The position numbers and the translations under genes are program-made. This document shows positions 1-10,040 of a stretch of DNA of 64,000 bases, in pieces (position 1 is the stretch's first letter; each line of letters opens with the position of its first letter). The notes under the pieces are model-generated. The model saw nothing but the letters and a program-made list of their open reading frames with translations. It was not told where the DNA came from and did no database searches. The DNA lies in contig CAYGBL010000002.1 in the NCBI GenBank assembly GCA_964348135.1, forward strand, positions 41,048 through 105,047, written 5' to 3'. Origin of the DNA: an uncultured Actinomycetota bacterium (GTDB lineage: Bacteria > Actinomycetota > Aquicultoria > JACQXZ01 > CAYGBL01).

Positions 1-197
1 GGTCGCTGGGACTATACGTTTTGGCCGGGTGATCTCGGCAATTTTCCAGAGTCTTAAATCAGGTATCTCTGCTACGCCAATATTTGGATCAATGGTGGTG
101 AAAGGATAAGCAGCTATAGGAGCATTAGCCCTCGTTATGGCATTAAAAATCGTTGATTTGCCGGCATTTGGAAGGCCCACTATTCCTACTTGCATTA
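1..197 (-). CDS. ychF: Ribosome-binding ATPase YchF, N-terminal part (gene continues beyond window start)
   Basis: Reverse translation from 197 downward gives [49 protein letters not shown]. This carries the P-loop GxPNxGKST and the YchF/Obg-type N-terminal signature. Confidence 0.85.
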
Positions 198-300
198 GAT
201 CCTCCGTATGCAGTTAACCGTTGTCCATTCACTGTTTTTCACTCTTACTATCTTTGTCTTTACTCAGGGCTCTCAGCTCGAAGCTCTACAATCTTTATTG

Positions 301-504
301 CTACTCTTCACTCATTCTCTTTATAAAACCTCTAAACCTGCTGTCAAACCGAGATCGAAGCAGCCGTATTTTGTGACCGCAACCTAAACATTTCAGTCCT
401 ATATCCATCCCTACTTTAATAACTTCCCACTCATTAGTTCCACACGGATGGACCTTTTTCATCTTTACAACATCACCAAGAGAAACGGGAACAATCTTAG
501 CCAT
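301..504 (-). CDS. DUF951-family small protein (YyzM-like)
   Basis: 67-aa ORF with a CxxC...CxxC pattern (HPCGTNEW...CLGCGH). Small DUF951 genes are commonly found next to ychF in Firmicutes. Confidence 0.55.
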   Translation of the reverse strand: MAKIVPVSLGDVVKMKKVHPCGTNEWEVIKVGMDIGLKCLGCGHKIRLLRSRFDSRFRGFIKRMSEE

Positions 505-656
505 ATGCCACCATTCTTTCCCACTAATTCTAGCCGCAATTTATAGTCCTACTTTCAAACCTTCTTCCCTATCCAAATCCTAATTCCCTACTGCATTTTA
601 TATATCTATTATATGATAAAATGACTCCGTAAATTATGATTCTTAAGGAGGTATCT

Positions 657-932
657 GTGTCAACCCGAGCAGTGGTAACAGTAGTAGGACAGGATAAAAT
701 TGGTATCGTTGCTAATGTAAGCAGAGTATTGTCAGAATCAGGTTCTAATATTGAGGATATCAGTCAGACTATTGTAGACAAACTCTTCGCCATGATTATG
801 CTTATTACTGTTGATGAAAGTAGGACGCAACTTGCTGAACTTCAGAAAAAACTCAATAAACTGGGAAAAGAGATTGGAGTCCATATTACTGTCCAGCATG
901 AAGATATCTTCAGGTATATGCATAGAGTATAA
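657..932 (+). CDS. ACT-domain protein, UPF0237 family
   Basis: VVTVVGQDKIGIVANVSRVL is an ACT-domain signature. An SD site (AAGGAGG, 645-651) sits 5 nt ahead of an in-frame GTG at 657. The ATG at 636 lies inside that SD site. The gene is paired with the UPF0210 gene downstream. Confidence 0.75.
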   Translation: MSTRAVVTVVGQDKIGIVANVSRVLSESGSNIEDISQTIVDKLFAMIMLITVDESRTQLAELQKKLNKLGKEIGVHITVQHEDIFRYMHRV

Positions 933-1101
933 GAATAAGGATCCAAGGATTCCAGGATTCAAGCGAGGAAATTATTCAAGTGAGTTAAGTGATTAAGTCA
1001 TGGAACTTGTATAACTTATTCTCTCCCTTATTCTTCCGCTTGCAATCACTAGAATCCAAAAATCCTTTACCCGCTTAAATCCTATTTTCTCGACTTAAGG
1101 A

Positions 1102-2469
1102 GTGAAAATGCTAATCAGCCCGGGTGAAATTCTAGAGACTATCCGAATGATTGAAAGTGAGAAACTGGATATCCGCACTATTACTATGGGAATCAGTCTG
1201 CGCGATTGTATAACCAACCGCCTGTCGATATCAGCAGACAAGATTTACAAAAAAATTACCAGTTCAGCTCAGGGTTTCATTAAGACTGCAGAAGAGATCC
1301 AAACTAAATTTGGAATTCCTATCATAAACAAACGAATTGCTGTTACTCCCATCGCGTATGTTGCTGAGTCACTGGAAATAAAAGATTTTCTACCTCTAGC
1401 TCATATTCTCGATAAAGCAGCTAAGGAAGTGGTTATTGATTTTATAGGTGGTTATTCCGCTCTCGTACATAAGGGGATTACTCCGGGCGACCAATCTCTA
1501 ATGGAGTCAATACCCCAAGCACTTGCAGAAACTGAAAGAGTTTGTTCTTCGATAAATGTAGCTACAACCAAAGCAGGAATCAATATGGATGCAATTACAC
1601 TTATGGGAAAAATAATAAAGGATGCTGCTGAACTTACTGCAGAAAAAGATGGTATCGGTTGTGCAAAGCTGGTTACCTTCGCTAACATTCCAGAAGATAA
1701 TCCCTTTATGGCAGGTGCTTATCACGGTATGGGTGAAGGAGAAAAAGTAATCAATATTGGAATAAGCGGTCCCGGTGTAATAAGAGCGACCGTTGAGCGG
1801 CATCCAGATGCAAGCCTGCAAGAGCTTGCAGATATTATCAAACGAACTGCATTCAAAATAACCAGAGTAGGAGAACTGGTGGCGCGAGAGGCAGCCAGCA
1901 GGCTCGAATGCAACCTTGGAATCATTGATCTTTCTCTTGCTCCTACCCCAATAGAGGGAGACAGCGTCGCTCTTGTTCTCGAGGCTATGGGGATAGAGCG
2001 ATGCGGCGGCCCGGGAAGTATAGCTGCCCTTGCTCTTCTCAACGATGCGATGAAAAAGGGTGGTGCTATGGGTACTTCCTCTCCGGGCGGTCTTTCTGGT
2101 GCATTTATTCCCGTTAGTGAAGACTTTGCAATGGCCAAAGCTGTTGAAGATAAGATTTTGAGTCTGGAGAAATTAGAGACAATGACATCTGTGTGCTCCG
2201 TCGGTCTTGATATGATTGCTCTTCCGGGTAAAACTTCTGCAGAGACAATATCCGCCATTATTGCCGACGAGATAAGTATTGGGGTTTTCAATAATAAAAG
2301 TACAGCTTGCCGTCTTATTCCTGTTCCCGGAAAGGAGGAAGGAGAAAGGGCAGTTTTTGGCGGTCTTTTGGGAGAGACTCCTATCATTGCTGTAAGTAAA
2401 GTTAAAGCTGATAATTTTCTAAGAAGGGGAGGAAGAATACCTCCTCCCTTAAGAAGCTTGAATAATTAG
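1102..2469 (+). CDS. UPF0210 family protein (DUF711, PFL-like fold)
   Basis: 455 aa, with an SD site TTAAGGAGTGAAA immediately before the ATG. The UPF0237 plus UPF0210 gene pair is conserved in Firmicutes and archaea. Confidence 0.85.
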   Translation: MKMLISPGEILETIRMIESEKLDIRTITMGISLRDCITNRLSISADKIYKKITSSAQGFIKTAEEIQTKFGIPIINKRIAVTPIAYVAESLEIKDFLPLAHILDKAAKEVVIDFIGGYSALVHKGITPGDQSLMESIPQALAETERVCSSINVATTKAGINMDAITLMGKIIKDAAELTAEKDGIGCAKLVTFANIPEDNPFMAGAYHGMGEGEKVINIGISGPGVIRATVERHPDASLQELADIIKRTAFKITRVGELVAREAASRLECNLGIIDLSLAPTPIEGDSVALVLEAMGIERCGGPGSIAALALLNDAMKKGGAMGTSSPGGLSGAFIPVSEDFAMAKAVEDKILSLEKLETMTSVCSVGLDMIALPGKTSAETISAIIADEISIGVFNNKSTACRLIPVPGKEEGERAVFGGLLGETPIIAVSKVKADNFLRRGGRIPPPLRSLNN

Positions 2470-2477
2470 CAGTAAAA

Positions 2478-2822
2478 TTATGTATTCAGCGCGCGGAACT
2501 CACCGCTTTCTTGAACCTCAACCTTGTATCCCTCTATGCTTGAGGGAATCTGTTTTAGCAATTCCTGGGTCTTTTGCACAACATACACTTTGACGCACGG
2601 CTTACCTTCACACTTCCCTATGGCAACTCCCACAACACCTTTAATCGACATTAATCTGCCTTTATGTTTTTCAAGCACCAATTCAATCATCTTTGCAAAA
2701 ACAACTTCTTTCCTTAGCTTAGACCAGTAACTGAATAAATTTTGCCAATATATAAAGCCAGTAATAGGATGGGGAAGAGACATTCTCTCCCCCATAGTAA
2801 CACTTAGAAAAATTTTTATCAT
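2478..2822 (-). CDS. Small protein homologous to the N-terminal domain of the adjacent S1 protease (start uncertain)
   Basis: LVLEKHKGRLMSIKGVVGVAIGKCEGKPCVKVYV aligns with ITAQEKHNPQLLGTPGVVGTAVGLTAEGKPGVKVYT of the protease encoded at 2832-3914. Candidate internal start sites have weak SD sequences. Confidence 0.4.
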   Translation of the reverse strand: MIKIFLSVTMGERMSLPHPITGFIYWQNLFSYWSKLRKEVVFAKMIELVLEKHKGRLMSIKGVVGVAIGKCEGKPCVKVYVVQKTQELLKQIPSSIEGYKVEVQESGEFRALNT

Positions 2823-2831
2823 TACGTTAGG

Positions 2832-3914
2832 TTACTCACCATCAATGGTTACATGCAAATCAGAAAGGACATTATCAATATCATTAGCAATGGCTAGTTT
2901 CCCTGTTTGATCACCGGCAAACAGCAGACCTACTGGATTGTTATTTGGTTGAGTTACCAGCAGTGACCCGGAATCACCGGGCTTTATAAATGGCTTCCTG
3001 CTTTCGACTACAATCTGGTCTGCAAATAGAGCAATACCGGAGCTATAACCTACCATAAATATCCCCTTAACAGCAGTGATCTCTCCTTTGGTTAACTCCG
3101 TAGTCCTACCAAACTTCTGTACCTTCAAGCCGGGTACTGCACCAGTTGTCTCTGACTTTGGCGTTCCATATCCACTTGCCGGTGTGCTGTTGCGCAGTGA
3201 ACCTGTATCGGTGAGTGCAATAGCAGCATCAATATAATTAATACCAACCATGTTAAATGCAATCGGTTTGAAATCGTACAATGTTCCCAGACTATATTTG
3301 GGGTCCAATGAACAGTTTGTATCATATCGTCCAGGCTGTACCACATCACTACCAATAGGAGCTGTATTCTCCAGGGCATATACATGGTTATTGCTGAGCG
3401 CATATACATTTCCAGCGGTATCTTTAACCCGAGCACCTACGGTTCCAGCGCTACATTCACCAATGTTGCCAGTTGAAACTCCGATGGGAACAGGGCGCTC
3501 CCAGAAGGAAGTTGTAGACGGTTCCCGTTCCTTAGGGCCTTTCCCTTGATTGAGGCCCTGCCCAGGTTTTAGGGCAGTAATCTTGCCAGTTATTTGTACC
3601 TCCACAGGAATACCATCTAAAGTTTCAGGGATACCTGAAACTCCTGCTCTCTCCGTGTAGACCTTAACCCCAGGCTTTCCTTCAGCAGTTAATCCTACAG
3701 CTGTCCCAACAACACCCGGTGTACCCAGTAGTTGTGGATTATGCTTTTCCTGAGCGGTAATAGCGCGTTCCAAACCTGGTGGTTCTTCTTGTGGTGACGC
3801 GGCAAAGATTACTCCTGTTATAAACGTTAACAGAATCGCCATTATTGTAAACAGAGTAAGCTTACGCATAATATTTATTATTTCCTCCTTTCTGTATAGT
3901 ATTCGCATTAACAC
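2832..3914 (-). CDS. Secreted trypsin-like (S1 family) serine peptidase with N-terminal signal/TM and a pro-domain-like segment
   Basis: An N-terminal hydrophobic segment is followed by a C-terminal catalytic region containing GDSGS (a GDSGG-type serine motif). A possible NNHVYA histidine region is also present. Confidence 0.7.
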   Translation of the reverse strand: MLMRILYRKEEIINIMRKLTLFTIMAILLTFITGVIFAASPQEEPPGLERAITAQEKHNPQLLGTPGVVGTAVGLTAEGKPGVKVYTERAGVSGIPETLDGIPVEVQITGKITALKPGQGLNQGKGPKEREPSTTSFWERPVPIGVSTGNIGECSAGTVGARVKDTAGNVYALSNNHVYALENTAPIGSDVVQPGRYDTNCSLDPKYSLGTLYDFKPIAFNMVGINYIDAAIALTDTGSLRNSTPASGYGTPKSETTGAVPGLKVQKFGRTTELTKGEITAVKGIFMVGYSSGIALFADQIVVESRKPFIKPGDSGSLLVTQPNNNPVGLLFAGDQTGKLAIANDIDNVLSDLHVTIDGE

Positions 3915-4099
3915 AATTTGCCAACCGTATTTTTAAACCTTAACCCATCTCTTCTAGTTGAATATTTTAATAGCAAAAATTCGACAAATAACATTATTAT
4001 CCTGCAGCGTTCACAAATTCACAATATACACAAGGACATTGTGTTCTTTGTGCCGAATATTAAAAATCATTTATGCTGTATCTTTGAGGAGTACAATCT

Positions 4100-5461
4100 A
4101 TGAATAATTACCCCAAGATAGACAATACTTTTGCACCTCTTCTCAAAGATTGGCTGTCTCTAGGTAAGATATATCCTCAGGCTAAAGGATTAGAAAACTA
4201 TCTTATTAACCATAAAACAGATTTACCTCTTATTCCTCTTCTTACTGGTCGCATTAAAGAGATGCAGTACGAGGGTGAGATCAGTCTACTATATATGGAG
4301 TTATCAGAATGCAACGACGAAACCTCTAATATTTTGAATGCTGATGTAGACTCAATAGAACAATTATCCAAGCACATAGTAGAAATAAAAAGGCGCTATT
4401 TGCGAAGAAACGACCTCCTTGCAGAACTGGTAAAAGGCAGCAACTCACTAATTATAATACTCTCACCACCACGAACCAGCAGGGAAATCAGTAAAGAGGA
4501 TCTCACCAATATCGCAGCCAGGATACGGAACAATATAGAGAAGTCGTTACGAAAGAATTCATCCTTGTCTCCTCATTACAAACCTACCCTTCATACTGGT
4601 TTTGCATTTTTCCAACAACCTGGTAATGCCGCTATGGAAACCGCTTTAGCCATTGCGCTCGAACAAGCGATAATAAATTTTAAACAGTCATGTTGTCTGG
4701 AAAGAGAAGAAAGAGCAAAATCTATTGAGTCTTTTCTAAAAGTGCATGGTCTAACTACAATTTTGTCACCTATTTTTGACCTTAAAGGCATTAATCGCTT
4801 TGGTTGGAGAATTATGTGTTACGGACCAAATGGAAAAGTGCTTACACCGTATAAATTATTCAGTTCTATTAAAGAAAAGCCTTCATATTACACAATATAT
4901 CCCCTATATCTAAAGCATATTATGAGATCATTAGAAGACACAAATCGTATATTGTTTTTCCATATAGATCCAGATATTTTAAATATCCCCGAAATGTTGA
5001 AGCTCATAAGAAAATATCTTTCTGCTGAAATCTGCTCTCCCTCACGGATAGTCCTTGAATTAGATACCATATCCGTACTTAATGATCCTGATTACTACTT
5101 TCCAACTGCCCGCTTTCTAAGGGGTATAGGATTCGGATTAGCTTTTATAGGGGTTGGTTCACTACTTGAGGCGTGGGAGATTTTTGATAACATGAGCCCT
5201 GATTATCTTATAATAGATCCTCTACTCTTCAAACCTCAAAAATGCAATAGCGATTTAGACAATATGGCAATTGATTTTAAACATTTTGCCGACATCAAGA
5301 CTAAAAAATCGCCAAAAATAATATTTGAAATAGGTTCGGGTAATGAACTGGAAGTTCTCCATAAATCAAATGCAAACCTTATGCAAATAATCAATGATTC
5401 CACAAGTTACAAATCCAGAGCTTCCAGCTTTCTAACCTCTTTTATCTCAACTGCTTCTTAG
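4100..5461 (+). CDS. Degenerate GGDEF-EAL domain protein (both catalytic motifs lost), likely c-di-GMP sensor or scaffold
   Basis: Paralogue of the 8673-10040 gene. The EAL glutamate is replaced (RIMCYGPNG versus YEVFCRGPEG). The DDxGxG motif is replaced by IGVGS. Confidence 0.65.
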   Translation: MNNYPKIDNTFAPLLKDWLSLGKIYPQAKGLENYLINHKTDLPLIPLLTGRIKEMQYEGEISLLYMELSECNDETSNILNADVDSIEQLSKHIVEIKRRYLRRNDLLAELVKGSNSLIIILSPPRTSREISKEDLTNIAARIRNNIEKSLRKNSSLSPHYKPTLHTGFAFFQQPGNAAMETALAIALEQAIINFKQSCCLEREERAKSIESFLKVHGLTTILSPIFDLKGINRFGWRIMCYGPNGKVLTPYKLFSSIKEKPSYYTIYPLYLKHIMRSLEDTNRILFFHIDPDILNIPEMLKLIRKYLSAEICSPSRIVLELDTISVLNDPDYYFPTARFLRGIGFGLAFIGVGSLLEAWEIFDNMSPDYLIIDPLLFKPQKCNSDLDNMAIDFKHFADIKTKKSPKIIFEIGSGNELEVLHKSNANLMQIINDSTSYKSRASSFLTSFISTAS

Positions 5462-5833
5462 TACCTCCTCGACTTTTTCAACAACTTCTGCAGGTGTATG
5501 CTGAGACTTTACCAGATAGCTATTTGCTCCCAATTCCAGGCCCTTTTTAGAGTATCCCATATCACCTGTCACATTGGTAAGCAACACTACCGGAATATCA
5601 CTACAGCCGGGCTTCTGTTTCAGGAGCTGTAGAAATTCGAAGCCATCCATTTTAGGCATCATTAAATCCAAGAGGATTATATCTGGCCTTTCATTGCTCA
5701 AAACCGCAAGTGCTTCTTCACCATCTTCTTTTATCAGAACCTTATACCCTTCAAGTTCAAATTTTTTCTGATACATCCGATACATCAAAGGGTCATCCTC
5801 AATTATAAGAATCGTCGGCTTTTGTTCAACCAT
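5447..5833 (-). CDS. Stand-alone response regulator receiver (CheY-like REC domain)
   Basis: ILIIEDDPLMYRMY...IILLDLMMPKMDGFEFL is a typical REC sequence with the phospho-acceptor Asp in LLDLMMP. No output domain is present. Confidence 0.85.
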   Translation of the reverse strand: MVEQKPTILIIEDDPLMYRMYQKKFELEGYKVLIKEDGEEALAVLSNERPDIILLDLMMPKMDGFEFLQLLKQKPGCSDIPVVLLTNVTGDMGYSKKGLELGANSYLVKSQHTPAEVVEKVEEVLRSS

Positions 5834-5851
5834 AGAAAATCAGTCCTTTCT

Positions 5852-8518
5852 TTAAATTTTGCTTTCTTTCCCAGCCTCAACTACTTGGAGACCTTTTTCT
5901 ACGGGAAGACTGAAACTAAAAGTACTTCCTTTTTCTTTCTCACTTTCAACCCAAATATAACCTCCCTGCTCTTCCACTAAATACTTACATATGTAAAGAC
6001 CTAGACCTCCACCTTTTGTTGTAGTTAAGCACTTATCTGCAGTAACATACTTTCCGAATATTTTCTCTCTATCAGCTGTATCAATACCGATCCCCGTATC
6101 GGTTACTTCAGTTACCACACGATCCTGCGTCAATCTCGTTCTTACCTTTACGCTTCCTTGCGATGTAAATTTAATTGCATTTCCAATTAGATTCCAAAGA
6201 ATTTGTCTTACCTTATCAGGATCAGCTACAACCAATGGTAGTAAATCCGAGCTTTCCTCATATTCCAAAGCCAGCTCTTTATCGTAGGCTAAAGATGCCA
6301 GACTCTTCAACGTGTCTCGAATTATCTCTCCTAACTGTATTTTTTCTTTATTAAATTTAATACAGCCTTCTTCAATCTTGGAAAAGCTCAGCATATCTTC
6401 CACCAGACGAATTAGCCTCTCATTTCCTTCGTACACATCTTTTAGAATTCCTCGAACTTCGTTATTTGTCTCACCGATATCCCCCCTTAAGAGCAAAGAG
6501 ATATTGCCTTTTATGGCAGTCATAGGTGTACGCAGTTCATGGGATGCGATAGAGACAAATTCCGCTTTCATTCTATCTAGTTCCTTTTCTTCTGTAACAT
6601 CATGCAGAAGCCCAACTACGCCCAGGAAATCCCCGCCTTCTCTAAAAATCGAGGAAAAATTCGCGCTAATTACTTTACCCTGCCACATATACTCGAAGTG
6701 CGGAAAAGCGGCTCCTTTCTTAAACTCATCAATAATTTCAGAACCCAAGAGTTGATCAGCAAATCCAGGAACTAAATCCGTAAGATTTTTACAAATAAGC
6801 TCCTCCCAACAAAGCCCTAACAGATCTTCACAAACATGATTAGTAAGCACAACATCCAACATATCATCAGTAACCAAAACACCTTCGGCCATACTATGAA
6901 TTATCATGTCAGCTTTGGATTTTATTACCTCATGCTCTCCAAGCAATGCATCTGCAAACTGTTGAACTTCCTGATAAAGCCTTGCTCTTTGTATGGCTAA
7001 AGCAGCTTGATTACCAAAGGCGCAGAGCAGCCTTAATTCCTTGCTGGTAAACTCTTTAGGTTCTTCAGTTGCACAGCTAAGAACACCTATGACCTCCTTA
7101 CCTACTTTAAGGGGAACAGAGATCAATGAGGAGGCTTTCTCTCTACCACGTGGAAAGTAATCAAATAGGGGTTCTTTGCTAAGATCATTTATTATAAGAG
7201 GTGTTCCTTCTTTTGCTACTTTGCCCATAACTCCCTTACCAACCTTGAGAGGTATCATCTTCAAGGTTTCCGGACTTAGACCCCTGGCAATCTTAATCTC
7301 CAATTCTTGAGTCTCTTCATTAACAAGACGCACTGTATTATATTTTGTACTTAGCAACCTATTAGCCTCGTCAATAATCATTTCTAGTGTTTGATCCAGA
7401 TTGAGGTTTGCTCCTACTTTTTCGCTTATATGAATTAACCCCATAGTTTCTCTTGCTCTCTGAACCACTTGTTCAAAAAGTTGGGCATTAACAATTGCCG
7501 CTGCTCCTTGTGCTGCCAAAATGGAAAGAAGATTCAAATCCTCCTCCGTAAAGCAATAATCAGATTCTAAATTGCATACATTGAGAACTCCTACGATTTT
7601 TTTCTTTACCTTTAGGGGCACAGATAATGCCAATTTTATATCCTTATGCAGATTTAAATGTTTAAACAACCAATCCTTTCTTTCTGTTAAAAGCAATGGC
7701 TTCCCGTTCTGAGCTAACCATCCTTCAATCTCCTCTCCTATCTTTATCTTGGTTCCCACAACGCTCCCATCTGTCAATCCCCTGGAAATCTCCACTGTTA
7801 GGTCCCCACTTTGAGGATGATAAAGCATGAGAGTTACATAATCTGGTTTTAGAATTCTATTAGCTGTTTCTACTATGATGTTAAAAATCTCTTCTAATTT
7901 CAGGGTAGAATTAAGTGTTGTTTGAATGCGGGAAATAATAGAAAGCGTAGTTACCCTTTTCTCTAAATCCAGGGAGAGCCGCTTAAGTTTCAGTCCAATT
8001 CTATTCCGATGCTTTTCTCCATATCCTATATAGGCTCCCAGCAGACAAAATGCTACAAGAAAAGCCAGAGAAAGCAAAAAATTATCCAGGCTTTCCTTAT
8101 AAGGTAAATCTTTCAGATTATAGAAAAAGAAGAGAATATACGTTGCTATCATAACAGAAATAATCCAGATACTCTGAAGGGGGCCAAATACAATACCTGC
8201 CATTATAGCTAGACAATAGAATAAAGGAACAGCCTTGCTTTCTATGCCTCCAGTATAGAAAATAATGGCTGCAGATACAGAAAAATCAAGAAAAATAAAA
8301 ATATGTGCCAGCCAGAAGGAGCTATAAAGTTTAAAGACCAGCAGTAAAGTCGCAGCTAAATTATAGACACACGCAACTAGCAAAAGTCCATCAATTATTG
8401 ATATAGGAACATTTCCGGGTTTTAGAATATGGAGCAAAGCAAAAACAGAAAAGATTAAGAACCATCGTAACTTGACTACTGTTTTTTCATAATGCCGAAG
8501 CCTATCTAATTCCTGCAT
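5852..8518 (-). CDS. Sensor histidine kinase with multi-TM N-terminus, GAF/PAS sensor domains, HisKA and HATPase_c
   Basis: About six N-terminal TM helices. The H-box is SHELRTPMTAIKG. The ATP-lid motifs are TDTGIGIDTADREKIFGKY and GGGLGLYICKYLVEEQGG. Confidence 0.85.
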   Translation of the reverse strand: MQELDRLRHYEKTVVKLRWFLIFSVFALLHILKPGNVPISIIDGLLLVACVYNLAATLLLVFKLYSSFWLAHIFIFLDFSVSAAIIFYTGGIESKAVPLFYCLAIMAGIVFGPLQSIWIISVMIATYILFFFYNLKDLPYKESLDNFLLSLAFLVAFCLLGAYIGYGEKHRNRIGLKLKRLSLDLEKRVTTLSIISRIQTTLNSTLKLEEIFNIIVETANRILKPDYVTLMLYHPQSGDLTVEISRGLTDGSVVGTKIKIGEEIEGWLAQNGKPLLLTERKDWLFKHLNLHKDIKLALSVPLKVKKKIVGVLNVCNLESDYCFTEEDLNLLSILAAQGAAAIVNAQLFEQVVQRARETMGLIHISEKVGANLNLDQTLEMIIDEANRLLSTKYNTVRLVNEETQELEIKIARGLSPETLKMIPLKVGKGVMGKVAKEGTPLIINDLSKEPLFDYFPRGREKASSLISVPLKVGKEVIGVLSCATEEPKEFTSKELRLLCAFGNQAALAIQRARLYQEVQQFADALLGEHEVIKSKADMIIHSMAEGVLVTDDMLDVVLTNHVCEDLLGLCWEELICKNLTDLVPGFADQLLGSEIIDEFKKGAAFPHFEYMWQGKVISANFSSIFREGGDFLGVVGLLHDVTEEKELDRMKAEFVSIASHELRTPMTAIKGNISLLLRGDIGETNNEVRGILKDVYEGNERLIRLVEDMLSFSKIEEGCIKFNKEKIQLGEIIRDTLKSLASLAYDKELALEYEESSDLLPLVVADPDKVRQILWNLIGNAIKFTSQGSVKVRTRLTQDRVVTEVTDTGIGIDTADREKIFGKYVTADKCLTTTKGGGLGLYICKYLVEEQGGYIWVESEKEKGSTFSFSLPVEKGLQVVEAGKESKI

Positions 8519-8672
8519 CGCCGATTAACCCCGTACTCTTTTATAAGACTTCTAAAGAATTCTTCTTCCTTCTTCAAAATCCTAGTGTATACGCTCTCCT
8601 GAGATATTGTGATAAAGTAGGTATTGTCTTTTCTCTAAAGAATATTTATAAATAGGATTTATATGCAAAATT

Positions 8673-10040
8673 ATGGATAAGACAACTCTTATACGAACCA
8701 AAAAGAATAAAGCTACTGAATCCCGTGAAAAAACCAAGCAATTGCTGATGCACTGGCTTGAACTAGGATCACTTAGCAATGAAAATAAAAAGCTTAAGGA
8801 ACTACTCTATGATGAGGTAACCCAACTCCCGACCCTTCCTTTATTTCTTACTGAAATCGAAAGAATGCTAAAGGAAAATAAACACGTTGGTCTTCTCTAT
8901 ATCGATATAGTTAAAGAGACGGATATCGAAAGGATTTACGGGTGGAAGGTTTTTGATCAGATCATGAAATATGTAGGTGAAATTCTGGAGCAGCTTAAAG
9001 GAAAATACTTTCGAAAAGAAGATCGAATTATACCATTACTAAAAAATGGCAATTCTTTTATACTTCTCCTTTCCCCTGCCAGAGAAAAAGAGACAATATT
9101 GATTGAAGACCTGGCCAAACTACGAAGGCGTATTGAAGTTGAATTGAGATCAGCTCTAAAAAAGGCCATGCCTTCAATTTATAATAGATTTAATTGTCAG
9201 ATTGGCTGCACTATTATTGAGAGCGAACCAAATATGAGAACTGAGAGAGTAATATTCAATGCATTGGAGAAAGCAGAAGAGAATGCCAGCTTAAGAGAGT
9301 TTGCCGAAAAGACTCGCCAGATTGAAGAACTAAGAACTATCATCCACCAGGAAAAAATAACTACACTTTTTCAACCCATCCTCGAAATTGAGTCCAAGCG
9401 CATAATTGGCTATGAGGTCTTTTGCCGGGGGCCCGAGGGGAGGTTAAAGGATCCGCAGACTCTATATAATCTCGCTATAGAGGGAGATTTAGTATGGCAG
9501 CTGGACCGTCTTTGTCGGAAAAAAGCCCTTCTTAATGCGAAGAATCTTAAAGCCAATCAGCTTTTGTTTATTAATATAAGTCCACGTGCTGTGGGTGACC
9601 CGGAATTGAGAAAAACAGCTGAATCTCTTCTACTTTTACCCCACAAACTTACTCCTGATCGTATTGTCTTTGAAATTTCCGAGAGGTCTATGGTTGTGGA
9701 TACGGATTTATTTCGTTTAGTACTTAACTACTTTAAAGCGCTTTCCTTTCTTATTTCTGTTGATGACGCAGGATCAGGTTACTATACTGGATTGGAGATC
9801 ATTGCCAAGCTCAAGCCCGATTTTGTAAAAATCGATATTCCCCTATTGCGAGATATTGACAAAGACCCTGTTCGGCAAGAGATAGTAAATACTATAATTA
9901 GATTCGCATCCAAAGTGGGTGCAAGAACTGTAGCTGAGGGCATTGAAACCGCTGAGGAACTTAAGCTTTTAAAAGAGTTAGGTGTAGATTATGTGCAGGG
10001 TTTCTTCTTTTCTCCCCTTCTTGACAGTATACCTTCCTAG
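8673..10040 (+). CDS. GGDEF(degenerate)-EAL protein with intact EAL phosphodiesterase residues
   Basis: The EAL-type motifs are EVF, DDAGSGY, KIDIPLL and AEGIET. The GGDEF region lacks the GG(D/E)EF motif. Confidence 0.75.
   Translation: MDKTTLIRTKKNKATESREKTKQLLMHWLELGSLSNENKKLKELLYDEVTQLPTLPLFLTEIERMLKENKHVGLLYIDIVKETDIERIYGWKVFDQIMKYVGEILEQLKGKYFRKEDRIIPLLKNGNSFILLLSPAREKETILIEDLAKLRRRIEVELRSALKKAMPSIYNRFNCQIGCTIIESEPNMRTERVIFNALEKAEENASLREFAEKTRQIEELRTIIHQEKITTLFQPILEIESKRIIGYEVFCRGPEGRLKDPQTLYNLAIEGDLVWQLDRLCRKKALLNAKNLKANQLLFINISPRAVGDPELRKTAESLLLLPHKLTPDRIVFEISERSMVVDTDLFRLVLNYFKALSFLISVDDAGSGYYTGLEIIAKLKPDFVKIDIPLLRDIDKDPVRQEIVNTIIRFASKVGARTVAEGIETAEELKLLKELGVDYVQGFFFSPLLDSIPS

Noticed and set aside
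1722-2387. 221-aa minus-strand ORF inside the UPF0210 gene, and similar antisense ORFs (e.g. 18699-19331, 6312-6755, 45200-45544, 31716-31997)
   Set aside because: Each is fully embedded antisense to a strongly supported conserved gene. They have low-complexity Pro/Ser/Arg-rich composition and no start signals.
3918-4103. 61-aa ORF upstream of the degenerate GGDEF-EAL gene
   Set aside because: AT-rich intergenic sequence with no SD site and low-complexity Asn/Ile composition.
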